Shown here in pieces: positions 26,780 through 36,572 of a DNA stretch of 64,000 nt. Location of the stretch: the NCBI RefSeq assembly GCF_035268865.1, contig NZ_DATFKB010000024.1, positions 967 to 64,966 of the forward strand, written 5' to 3'. The position numbers were made by a program, and so were the translations under genes. Position 1 is the first letter of the stretch, and the number at the start of each line of letters is the position of its first letter. The notes beneath the pieces were generated by a model. It was not told where the DNA came from. It searched no databases and saw only the letters and a list, made by a program, of their open reading frames with translations. Source of the stretch: Salinivirga sp. (GTDB lineage: Bacteria; Bacteroidota; Bacteroidia; Bacteroidales; Salinivirgaceae).

Positions 26780-29746
26780 TTATAGTCCTTTAGATTTGAA
26801 CAGCTCTACATATTCCTGATCTTCGGTAGCAAAATGATTTTCGATCCATGCTTTAAGGAAGCGCATTACATCGTCGTAGAATTTTATGCGGCCTGCCTGG
26901 TATTTTTTACGAAAACCATCAATATGATCGATAAATGCCTTGTGGCTGGCTTTGTGTGATTCGGTATTTTCAAATTTATATTCTTCGAAATATCGCTCTT
27001 CGTTGCTGAAATGCCATGCTGTGAAGTCCACCAGCATTTTAAGGGTTTCTTTGATTTCTTTTTTGGGTTTGTCGGTGCGCAACCCAATATACACTTCATT
27101 TATGAGCTCTACTATTCTGTGATGCTGATCGTTTAGTTCGCCAATGGCATTTTCCATTTCGGGCACGAAAGCAATCAGAGGTTCTCCGGCCGGTGGCAAT
27201 ACTACCTGCGGCGCATCCTGATCCAGTTTAGCCTCAGGGTCGCCTGCTTTTACGTTGCGTTGGGGGGTGTGCTTAAGCTCCTCGGCCAGTCTTTGGCTGT
27301 TTTTTCTTTCTTCTTCGAGTTGCTTCTCAATGGTATTTTTTTGCAGCTCCAGTGTTTCTATTTTTTCATCTTTTGCTGAAAGTGCTGCTTTTTGCTTTTC
27401 AATTTTAGCTTGTGCATTTTTCAGTTCAGTGATATCCACAGCAATTTTCACCACCTTATAGGGTATATCATCTTTATCGAGTACCGGTGTGTATGTTTCG
27501 TAAAGGTATAGCTCACGCTCATTATATTCAATCCGCGTTTCTTCGGTCCGGGTATGGCCGTGGCGCAGATCTTCCCAGAACTGGGAATAATTCTGCTTGT
27601 TTAATCCGCTCATTTTAAGGCCGTCGCGGTGATTCATGCCAATAATTTGTTCTTTGGCCAGTCCAACAAGAGTCGCAAAGCGTTCGTTTACTTCGGTAAT
27701 AATTCCATGCATATCGTATTCCACCATGTAATTGGCCACGCTTAGCGCTTCAATCAGGTTGCGTAGTTCAAATTCCCTGCGCGAAGCCTCTTCCTGTGTG
27801 GTTTGGAGTTCTTCGAGGTTCTGGCGCATCTCTTCTTCCTGTGAGCCCAGCTCTTCTTGCTGATGTTGCGATTCTTTCAGCAACTCCTGTGTACGCTCCG
27901 ATACTTTGACGTTGGCAATTGTAGAGGCTACACTTTCACCTATTTTCTCTACAAATTCAATTTCAAAAGCTTCGAGTTGCCTGAAAGATGCCAGTTCCAT
28001 AATGGCGTATACCTTGTCATTAAGTACAGCCGGTACAATGAGTAAAGTGTTTGGTCGTGCTTCGCCCATGCCTGAAGTAATTTTTATGAAGTCTTCCGGC
28101 ACTTCCTTCAGGTATATGGTTTTGCCTTCGTGCGCACATCTGCCTATTATGTCTTCTCCGATTTTAAACCGTGTTTTATTGAATTGTCTGCGATTAAATG
28201 CTATGGTGCTTTTTGCCTCGTAATATGTTGTTTTTTCCTCTTCTTCGATCACAAAAAGGGCGCCCTGGTTTACCTCAAGGTAGTTGATGAGGTTGCGCAT
28301 GAGCTCAAATGACAATTTTTTGATGTTGTCATTGTTTTGACGCAATATATCGGCAAATTTTGCAATTCCTTCGTTGGTCCATCGGTGTTTTTTGTCTTCT
28401 TCTTTTCGTTTCTCCTCTTCCTGTCTTGCTTTTTTTAGGTTATCGCGCATTTGCATGAGCGATTTTCCCAGTTTATCTTCATCGCTGAGTAAATCCAGTT
28501 TTTCGTCTAGCTCGCCGTCGCCAATACGGGAGGCAAAATGTGTTTTTTGCGTATAACCATCGATGTATTTGTTCAGTGCAATGGCCATGTCATTTATTTC
28601 ATCACCGGTACTGATATTGAGTTTTTGCTTTGTCGATACATCGCCCTGCGAAATTTTATCCATCACATGTGTGAGTTTTTTTATGGGCCTGGTTATTTTT
28701 CTTGCAAGCATGGTGATTATGATGGCAAGAAAAATGAGGCCGGCAAGCGCAACCAGTAGGGCATTGTAGATGGTAGATAATGCATTCTCGGTTATATGGC
28801 TTTCCGGAAGGGCCATGTTTACGTACCAGCTGGTGCTGGTACCGGTAATTTTTACGGGTGCGGCTGTAATGTAATATTTTTGATTGTCGTAATTCGTATA
28901 ATATGAATAAGTTTCACCGGAGTTTATTAATGCGTTCAGATCAAGTGAGTCATTGGAGATAAATCCAATATCATTTAAATTTTTCCCAATTGCGTTTTCT
29001 TCCGGGAAGCTCACAATTTGTCCGTGGTGCGAGAGCAAAAATGCGAAACTACCCTCAATGGGCTGGTATTGGTTTATTTGTTCGCTTATGGTAATCAGCG
29101 GTACATCAATACCCACCACCCCAAGAAAATTATCGTTTTCTATTACCGGACTTACAATATTGGTTTCGAGTATTTCATCTGATTTATTTCCGGAATAGGA
29201 ATAATAATAAGGGTCCACAACGGTGATTTGCATTCGTTGCTTAACTAGCGAATATACATTACCCGAGAGCACTGCTTCCGGATCCTGTTCTACGTAGCGG
29301 CTTAGTACAATTTCATCATCCTGCCGGTAATATACATATCTGAAATTACCTAAAATCGTGCTGCCCACCTTGTTTTTGTATTGTTGTTTTAAGGTGTCGA
29401 GTGCATCAGGTTCAAGAATTGACCATACCGATAAAAACTTAGGGTTATCCCTGAGTGTGGTTTTGAGATAGTTACTCAAAATTTCGCGACGTCGATTATG
29501 GGGGAGGAATGTATAACCTTCAAAAACTGATTGTAAAAATAGCGCTGCATCGGCATAATAGTTCAGTTCATCGCTTGCCCGGTTGGCATATTCACGGGCA
29601 TAGGTATCGGCAAGGTCTCTTGAAACCGAAAGCATTTTTTCTTTCGACTGCCAGCCGGTGTAACCGAGGCTTATGATGAAAATCAGTGCAACTGACGATA
29701 ATATGTAAATCTGAATTTTTTGCTGTATTCCTAATTTTCTTTTCAT
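26780..29746 (-). CDS. Membrane sensor: dCache-HAMP-GAF-coiled coil-PAS-bacteriohemerythrin
   Basis: TM, DPY / GVVGID dCache, HAMP, GAF, EEEMRQNLEELQTTQEE, PAS, hemerythrin ligands H..HFSNEE..HKASH..HFATED; likely start at 29746. Confidence 0.85.
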   Translation of the reverse strand: MKRKLGIQQKIQIYILSSVALIFIISLGYTGWQSKEKMLSVSRDLADTYAREYANRASDELNYYADAALFLQSVFEGYTFLPHNRRREILSNYLKTTLRDNPKFLSVWSILEPDALDTLKQQYKNKVGSTILGNFRYVYYRQDDEIVLSRYVEQDPEAVLSGNVYSLVKQRMQITVVDPYYYSYSGNKSDEILETNIVSPVIENDNFLGVVGIDVPLITISEQINQYQPIEGSFAFLLSHHGQIVSFPEENAIGKNLNDIGFISNDSLDLNALINSGETYSYYTNYDNQKYYITAAPVKITGTSTSWYVNMALPESHITENALSTIYNALLVALAGLIFLAIIITMLARKITRPIKKLTHVMDKISQGDVSTKQKLNISTGDEINDMAIALNKYIDGYTQKTHFASRIGDGELDEKLDLLSDEDKLGKSLMQMRDNLKKARQEEEKRKEEDKKHRWTNEGIAKFADILRQNNDNIKKLSFELMRNLINYLEVNQGALFVIEEEEKTTYYEAKSTIAFNRRQFNKTRFKIGEDIIGRCAHEGKTIYLKEVPEDFIKITSGMGEARPNTLLIVPAVLNDKVYAIMELASFRQLEAFEIEFVEKIGESVASTIANVKVSERTQELLKESQHQQEELGSQEEEMRQNLEELQTTQEEASRREFELRNLIEALSVANYMVEYDMHGIITEVNERFATLVGLAKEQIIGMNHRDGLKMSGLNKQNYSQFWEDLRHGHTRTEETRIEYNERELYLYETYTPVLDKDDIPYKVVKIAVDITELKNAQAKIEKQKAALSAKDEKIETLELQKNTIEKQLEEERKNSQRLAEELKHTPQRNVKAGDPEAKLDQDAPQVVLPPAGEPLIAFVPEMENAIGELNDQHHRIVELINEVYIGLRTDKPKKEIKETLKMLVDFTAWHFSNEERYFEEYKFENTESHKASHKAFIDHIDGFRKKYQAGRIKFYDDVMRFLKAWIENHFATEDQEYVELFKSKGL

Positions 29747-29902
29747 TATGCAGCGCTGATTACTGTTTTGCTTTGTAATTTGTGTTTCTGGCAAAACATC
29801 TGTTTAAGACTGTTAAAATTAAGCATTAATTCTTTTTTATCAATACTGCCACAAGCTTATTTCCGTTTAGCGGTTTCTACCAGTCTCTGTTATATTTAAT
29901 TT

Positions 29903-32848
29903 TTATAACCCTTTTGATTTGAAGAGATCAACGTATTTTTGATCGTCATTTGCAAAATGTGATTCAATCCAGTGTTTTACATACAGCATAAATTCTTCGT
30001 ACTTTTCTATTCTGCCTTTGTCATAGGTTTTGGAGAATTTTTGTAATTCACTGGTAAATCCGTTATGCGATTTTTTGTGTGCATCAGCTTCCTCAAAACC
30101 AAATTGTTCAAAATATCGCTCTTCATTACTAAAGTGCCATGAACTGTAATCGATCAGTGTTTTAAGCGATTCTTTTATTTGACTACGGTTCGTTTTTGAG
30201 CGGAAAGCTTCAAAAATATCATTCACCATATCAATAATTCTATCATGTTGCTCATCTAACTCTTCTATACCAGTTCGTAAAGATTTGTTTTTATTGATAA
30301 GCGGCTTACCCGGTTCCGGCAGTTCCTTATTTTCAGTTGTTGTTTTTTTACTGGCCGATTTTTCAGGGTTGGCATTCTGAACTTCTTCCAGTTGGTTTTT
30401 TAGTTTGATATTTTCGGCTTTTTCTGTATTTACCTGCTGTTTAAGCTCCTCAATTAGCTTCGTATTTTGTTCGTGCGATTCTGAGAGCTTTTGCAATTCT
30501 TGTTGGGCTTTTTCCAGTGCTTTTTCGTTTTGATATTGCTCTGTGATATCGATACCAATTTTGAGTACCTTATAAGGCTTGTCATCTTCGTCAAGGATTG
30601 GTGTGTATGTCTCTCTGAGATAAATGTCTTTACCGCCGTAATTGATGTGGTTTATATCAGAACGTGGAATTCCGTGGCGCAAATCTTCCCAGAATCGTTC
30701 ATAGTCTTCTTTCGATTTTCCTGTCAAATCTACCCCATCGCTGTGATTCAACCCAATCATTTGTTCTTTGGTCATACCTATAAGTGCTGCAAACCTGTCG
30801 TTCGTGTCTGTGATGGTTCCATGTAAATCATATTCAACAGTGTAGGTTGACGCGCTAAGGGCATTGATGAGGCCACGGGTTTCAAATTCGCGGCGTGCAG
30901 CTTCTTCCTGCGTGGTTTGAAGCTCTTCAAGATTTTGCCGCATCTCTTCTTCCTGGGCTGAAAGCTCTTCGCGCTGGCGCTGCGATTCTTTCAGTAGTTT
31001 TTGTGTTCTCTGGTTTACTTTAACACTATTGAGTGTGGAAGCAATACTTTCGCCTATTTTTTCGACAAAGTCAATCTGGTACTGCGTCATTTCATTAAAA
31101 GATGCCATTTCTACCACACCATAAACAATGTCATTCATCATTACCGGAACAATCAATATGGAATTTGGATTGGCTGTTCCCATTCCGCTTGTTATTTCTA
31201 CATAATCATCCGGTACATCAGTCATGTAAATAGTGGCTTTTTCGTGTGCACACCTACCTACGAGGTCTTCACCTGTTTTAACTTTTTTCTGCATGTACCT
31301 TCTACGGTCGTAGGCTATTGAGGAAAGTAATTCAAAATACTGGTCGTTTTCATCATGGTCATTCAGTACGAATATGGCACCCTGATTGGCGTCCAGATAA
31401 TCAACAAGATTGCTGATAATATTAAACGACAATTGCTCAAGGTTATCATTATCCTGTCGCAGTATTTCTCCAAATTTAGCCAATCCATTGGTTATCCAGC
31501 GCTGTTTTTCATCTTCGGCTTTACGTTTCTCCTCTTCTTCTCTGGCACTTTGAAGGCTTTGGCGCATTTCAATCAATGCATTGCCCAATACATCTTTTTC
31601 GCTTTTGGGCTTATAGTCAGAAGTTAAGTTTCCTTTCCCGATCTCTTCGGCAAATCTGGCAGTTTCGTTTAGGCCTTCTGTAACCATATTCAGCGAATTT
31701 GCCATATCACCAATTTCATCGTGTCGATCAATTTGTATTTTATCAATGTTGTGGATGTCGCCATCTTCAATTTTCTTGAGCATTTTGGTAGCCCGGCTAA
31801 TCGGACTGGAAATACGGATGGCAATGAAATAAATGATAATTGTTAGCAATACCAGTCCGATTAAAGTAACCAAAATACTGATCAATAGGTTATTATCAGC
31901 CTCTGCTGTAATTATGTCGACCGGGATACTTAACCCGATAGACCAGGGTGTATTGGTTTTTCCAACAATTACAGGAGCGTAAGACCGATATGTTTCCGTT
32001 TCCAGATGGTTATCTGTTTCCCTGTAAGCAATTTTTTTACCTGCTTTTATTTTCTCAGCCAGGTCGTATTTCAGATCATGGTCGGGCATTACCTCTGTTA
32101 TAGATTTTCCAATGGCAGCTGTATCGGGATGACTTATGAGTGTGCCCTCGTTCGATATTAAAAAGGCATAACTGCGTTCCATGGGGCGAATGTTACTCAC
32201 AATTTCCTGGAGTGCATCCATGGTGATATCTACAGCAATAATTCCGGCATATTTTCCATCTTTTTTGATGGGTACAGACATGCTGGTCATGAATTGCCTG
32301 GTTTCGCCCTCCTCGCTAAAAACATCCCAATAAGGCTCCCAAATCGATTCCCGGGCCTCCTCTTTAATTTTGGCATAAAGTGGTGGATCCTGGTTAATAC
32401 TGCGTTTTTGGGCTGTAAATTTTATTTTTCCGTTTAATCGATAGTAGGTATTGGTATAGCGTCCGTAGGGTAGATTGTAATCATCATCAACCATATTCAT
32501 TTCCCAGCTGTCCCATAATTTGTATATCTGTGGGTTTTCTTTATAAACCGGGTAATACATTTCCTGTACATAATGCTGCCAGACAGTGTCGGGCCACATT
32601 TCCCATTTGCTGAACGATTGTGCAAGCGTACGAATGACGTCCATACTCACGTTGAGCTTGTTCTCAATTTCTAGTGCAGATTGTGCTGTAATCTTATCGG
32701 CATTCTTTTTGGCACTTTTATAGGCCATACTTCTTGAAGAAAGTCCTATGTAACCAACTGCAACAATAAATATTACAATCGTAAATGAAAGTATTAAAAA
32801 CAGCATTCTGTTTTTGAGATTCATGCGCAAAGTGAAAATTGATTTCAT
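29903..32848 (-). CDS. Paralogous membrane sensor: dCache-HAMP-GAF-coiled coil-PAS-bacteriohemerythrin
   Basis: Same architecture; EPY / GIIAVD, QH..HFSNEE..HKKSH..HFANDD. Confidence 0.85.
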   Translation of the reverse strand: MKSIFTLRMNLKNRMLFLILSFTIVIFIVAVGYIGLSSRSMAYKSAKKNADKITAQSALEIENKLNVSMDVIRTLAQSFSKWEMWPDTVWQHYVQEMYYPVYKENPQIYKLWDSWEMNMVDDDYNLPYGRYTNTYYRLNGKIKFTAQKRSINQDPPLYAKIKEEARESIWEPYWDVFSEEGETRQFMTSMSVPIKKDGKYAGIIAVDITMDALQEIVSNIRPMERSYAFLISNEGTLISHPDTAAIGKSITEVMPDHDLKYDLAEKIKAGKKIAYRETDNHLETETYRSYAPVIVGKTNTPWSIGLSIPVDIITAEADNNLLISILVTLIGLVLLTIIIYFIAIRISSPISRATKMLKKIEDGDIHNIDKIQIDRHDEIGDMANSLNMVTEGLNETARFAEEIGKGNLTSDYKPKSEKDVLGNALIEMRQSLQSAREEEEKRKAEDEKQRWITNGLAKFGEILRQDNDNLEQLSFNIISNLVDYLDANQGAIFVLNDHDENDQYFELLSSIAYDRRRYMQKKVKTGEDLVGRCAHEKATIYMTDVPDDYVEITSGMGTANPNSILIVPVMMNDIVYGVVEMASFNEMTQYQIDFVEKIGESIASTLNSVKVNQRTQKLLKESQRQREELSAQEEEMRQNLEELQTTQEEAARREFETRGLINALSASTYTVEYDLHGTITDTNDRFAALIGMTKEQMIGLNHSDGVDLTGKSKEDYERFWEDLRHGIPRSDINHINYGGKDIYLRETYTPILDEDDKPYKVLKIGIDITEQYQNEKALEKAQQELQKLSESHEQNTKLIEELKQQVNTEKAENIKLKNQLEEVQNANPEKSASKKTTTENKELPEPGKPLINKNKSLRTGIEELDEQHDRIIDMVNDIFEAFRSKTNRSQIKESLKTLIDYSSWHFSNEERYFEQFGFEEADAHKKSHNGFTSELQKFSKTYDKGRIEKYEEFMLYVKHWIESHFANDDQKYVDLFKSKGL

Positions 32849-33116
32849 TGCTCTAGATTTTCTGGTTTAAAGCGAGCCCTGGCAAAATAATTCCTTTCCG
32901 GCATATCAGTTGTGATGTTAATTTGCTTCAGTATTGTAGAATCTAAAACTGCCATGGTCTCTACAAAAATAAAAAATTAATATAAACTTAATCATTTATG
33001 AAGCTTAATAATTGCAAACTATAAAAAACAGGGAGCAGAGTGCATTAAATGGATTGGAACATTTGCGCAAAATACTATGATGTCGTAACTTTCGGCTCTT
33101 GTCAAAAATATATAAG

Positions 33117-36023
33117 ATGATTGAGTTAAAAAACCAACTGTCAGGTGAGTTACATACCGACTACCGCACACGATTATTATACGCCACAGATGCTTCTGCA
33201 TATCGGGAAGTGCCTCGTGCAGTAGTGTATCCGAAGAATAAATCGGACATTAAACTGGTCATAAACTGGGCTGCAGCAAATAAAAGTTCTGTAATTCCCC
33301 GCACCGCAGGAACTTCTCTGGCCGGACAGGTTGTGGGGGGTGGAGTAGTGGTTGACGTTTCCCGTTACCTTACGAATGTTATTGAACTCAATAAAACTGA
33401 GCGATGGGTGAAAGTAGAACCCGGGGTTATTTTAGATGAACTTAACATGATGCTGGAACCCGATAACCTCTTTTTTGGTCCAGAAACCAGCACCTCCTCA
33501 AGGTGTATGATGGGCGGTATGGTAGGTAATAACTCTTGTGGTTCACACTCAATTATTTACGGAACAACCAGGGACCATACGCTAGAAATAGAGGCCGTTT
33601 TAAGTGATGGAAGTGAAGTGGTTTTTAAAGATATTACAAAATCGGAATTTAATGCAAAGTGCAGGTTAGAATCACTGGAAGGTGATATTTACAGACATAT
33701 ACGCGACGAATTGTCTGATACTGATGTGCAAAAGCGAATACAAGAATATTATCCCGAACCTTCAATCTATCGGCGGAATACCGGGTATGCAATAGATTTG
33801 CTCCTAAATACTGAAGTTTTTGGAGGGGCTCAGCTTTTTAATTGGGTTAAGGTGTTGGCAGGGTCTGAGGGTACCCTGGCATTTACAACAGCCATTAAAC
33901 TGAATCTTGTTGCAACACCTCCTCCTGTAAAAGGACTTGTGTGCGCCCATTTTGAGACACTTGAGGCGGCTTTACACGCCAATTTAATTGCCCTGGAACA
34001 TAAACCCGGCGCGGTGGAGCTTATGGATGATATTGTACTGGAGGCTACAAAAGATAATATTACACAGAATAAAAACCGCTTTTTTCTAAAAGGAGATCCC
34101 CAGGCCATATTAATTATTGAGTTTGCCCGCGAAACCGAAGAGGAAATCAGAAAGTTGGCCGGTGATGTGGAACAATCAATGCGCGAAAAAGGCTATGGAT
34201 ATCACTTTCCGCTTGTTTTAGGAAATGATATACCTAAGGTCTGGGCTTTAAGAAAAGCCGGCCTGGGCGTTTTGTCGAATATTCCCGGTGATGCCAAGCC
34301 TGTTACTGTGATAGAAGACACTTCTGTAGATGTGAAGGTTTTGCCCGATTATATCAGAGATTTTCGCAAGGTACTTGATCAGCAAAACATGTCGTGTGTG
34401 TTCTATGCTCATGTGGGATCAGGAGAAATACACCTGCGGCCAGTGCTGAATTTGAAAAAAAGCGAAGATGTGGAGCGTTTTCGCACAATAGGCCTGGAAA
34501 TAGCTAAACTCGTTAAAAAGTATAAAGGCTCCTTAAGTGGCGAGCACGGAGACGGTAGGCTACGCGGTGAGTTCATCCCATTGATGATCGGCGATGAAAA
34601 CTATGAATTGCTCAAGCGCTTGAAAAAGACCTGGGACCCGAATGGCATATTTAACCCAGGAAAAATTACCGATACCCCTGCAATGAATGAAAGTTTGCGG
34701 TATGAACCAGATCGCGAAATCAAAGAACCAGATACTATTTTTGATTTTAGCCGTGAGGGTGGCATACTCAGGGCAGCTGAACTGTGTAACGGGTCTGGCG
34801 ATTGCCGAAAAACGCATCTGAGTGGAGGGTCCATGTGCCCAAGTTACATGGCTACGTTAGATGAATCAGCCACGACAAGGGCGCGAGCCAATATTTTGCG
34901 GGAATTTTTAACACACTCGCCCAGGAAAAACCCGTTCGATCATGAGGAGATTTATGAAGTGCTTGACCTCTGCCTTTCGTGCAAGGCCTGCAAAAGCGAA
35001 TGCCCCTCAAGTGTCGATATGGCTAAACTTAAAGCGGAGTTCTTACAGCATTATTACGATGCAAACGGTATTCCGCTGCGTACCAGGGCAATTGCAAATA
35101 TAAGCCGCATTAATGCCATGGGTAGTTTGCTCCCGGGTATCACCAATTTCTTTCTCCAAAACAGAGTTACATCAAAATTTATAAAACGCACGCTTGGATT
35201 TGCAGTAGATCGCAGTATTCCTGCTTTACAAAAAAGAACGCTTAGTAAAGAGGTGAAACGCTATGCGCAAAAGTTAAATGAAGGTACAAGGGGAGCTGTT
35301 TATTTGTTTATCGATGAGTTTTCTAATTTCAACGACACACATATTGGAGTTAAAACCATCATGTTGCTTAATAAACTGGGATATCAGGTAAAGACTGTGA
35401 AACACTCCGAGAGCGGAAGGGCATTTATGTCAAAAGGTTTATTACGCAGCGCACGGAAACTTGCAGAAAGAAATGTGCGAAAATTTGCCGATATTATCTC
35501 TGCAGATTCCCCACTTATTGGTATTGAACCATCGACAATACTCTCTTTTAGAGATGAATATCCGGAGCTTGTAGGTGAGGAGTTGCGCGAAAGTGCAAAA
35601 AAAATAGCACCAAACGCCCTTATGTTTGATGAGTTTTTTGTCAGAGAATATGAAAAGGGCAACATTAAAGCTGAGTTTTTTACTGATGAGCAACTGGAGA
35701 TAAAACTGCACGGGCACTGTCAGCAAAAAGCTGTGGCATCTACAAAACCGACAATGAAAATGCTGTCGCTACCTGAAAATTACAGCGTTAGCGAAATACC
35801 TTCAGGATGTTGCGGTATGGCCGGAAGTTTTGGTTACGAAAAAGAGCATCATGAATTATCGATGAAAGTGGGTGAACTTGTATTATTCCCGGCAGTCAGA
35901 GCTGCATCAAAAGAGTCTGTTATTGCAGCTCCGGGAACCAGTTGCCGTCACCAGATAAAGGATGGTACCAAACGCGATGCTTTACACCCCATTGAAATTA
36001 TGTATTCAGCGCTAAAAAGTTAA
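33117..36023 (+). CDS. FAD-binding and 4Fe-4S oxidoreductase (GlcD/GlcF fusion, D-2-hydroxyacid dehydrogenase-like)
   Basis: GTSLAGQ, GSEGTL, SGEHGDG, CNG.G.C, CLSCKAC..EC, HGHC.Q, CCGMAGSFG. Confidence 0.88.
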   Translation: MIELKNQLSGELHTDYRTRLLYATDASAYREVPRAVVYPKNKSDIKLVINWAAANKSSVIPRTAGTSLAGQVVGGGVVVDVSRYLTNVIELNKTERWVKVEPGVILDELNMMLEPDNLFFGPETSTSSRCMMGGMVGNNSCGSHSIIYGTTRDHTLEIEAVLSDGSEVVFKDITKSEFNAKCRLESLEGDIYRHIRDELSDTDVQKRIQEYYPEPSIYRRNTGYAIDLLLNTEVFGGAQLFNWVKVLAGSEGTLAFTTAIKLNLVATPPPVKGLVCAHFETLEAALHANLIALEHKPGAVELMDDIVLEATKDNITQNKNRFFLKGDPQAILIIEFARETEEEIRKLAGDVEQSMREKGYGYHFPLVLGNDIPKVWALRKAGLGVLSNIPGDAKPVTVIEDTSVDVKVLPDYIRDFRKVLDQQNMSCVFYAHVGSGEIHLRPVLNLKKSEDVERFRTIGLEIAKLVKKYKGSLSGEHGDGRLRGEFIPLMIGDENYELLKRLKKTWDPNGIFNPGKITDTPAMNESLRYEPDREIKEPDTIFDFSREGGILRAAELCNGSGDCRKTHLSGGSMCPSYMATLDESATTRARANILREFLTHSPRKNPFDHEEIYEVLDLCLSCKACKSECPSSVDMAKLKAEFLQHYYDANGIPLRTRAIANISRINAMGSLLPGITNFFLQNRVTSKFIKRTLGFAVDRSIPALQKRTLSKEVKRYAQKLNEGTRGAVYLFIDEFSNFNDTHIGVKTIMLLNKLGYQVKTVKHSESGRAFMSKGLLRSARKLAERNVRKFADIISADSPLIGIEPSTILSFRDEYPELVGEELRESAKKIAPNALMFDEFFVREYEKGNIKAEFFTDEQLEIKLHGHCQQKAVASTKPTMKMLSLPENYSVSEIPSGCCGMAGSFGYEKEHHELSMKVGELVLFPAVRAASKESVIAAPGTSCRHQIKDGTKRDALHPIEIMYSALKS

Positions 36024-36052
36024 TTTGTTTATAACCTGATTCGTATCTGAGT

Positions 36053-36448
36053 TTACTTCATCAGCCCTTCGTCTCGCAAAACCATTAATATGGCTGATTG
36101 CGGTACGATATAGTATTTTTCATTATTCAGCTGTATTTCATATCCCGATTTCGGGAGATATACCGCCAGGTCGCCCTCTTTTGGTTGCACTGGCACATAT
36201 TTCACGTCATCTCCTTTGGGTTTCCAGGCTTCATCTTCGTCATTCATAGAAGGTATCGGATAACCCGGGCCCACTTTAATTACATAGCCCGACTGTACTT
36301 TTTCTTTCTCCTGTACATTAGGCGGGAGATAAAGCCCGGATTTTGTTTTGTTCTCGGGATTGCGCGGTTTTACAAGTATACGGTCACCAATGAGTATAAT
36401 ATTCGATAGGTCTGCTTTTTCAATTTCGTGCGTCATCATAATCTTCAT
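36053..36448 (-). CDS. GroES/Cpn10 family protein with no adjacent groEL
   Basis: GDRILVKP, KTKSGLYLP, G.VIKVGPG; start uncertain (36439-36448). Confidence 0.8.
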   Translation of the reverse strand: MKIMMTHEIEKADLSNIILIGDRILVKPRNPENKTKSGLYLPPNVQEKEKVQSGYVIKVGPGYPIPSMNDEDEAWKPKGDDVKYVPVQPKEGDLAVYLPKSGYEIQLNNEKYYIVPQSAILMVLRDEGLMK

Positions 36449-36572
36449 TTTTTGTTGCCACAAAAATATAAATTTCCATTAAAACTATTTTCTGTTTTGC
36501 TTTAATGTAAATTATCATCTGTAAAGGTGATAATTTACTATCTTTGCAGCTCGAAAATAAAGAATACTCAGA

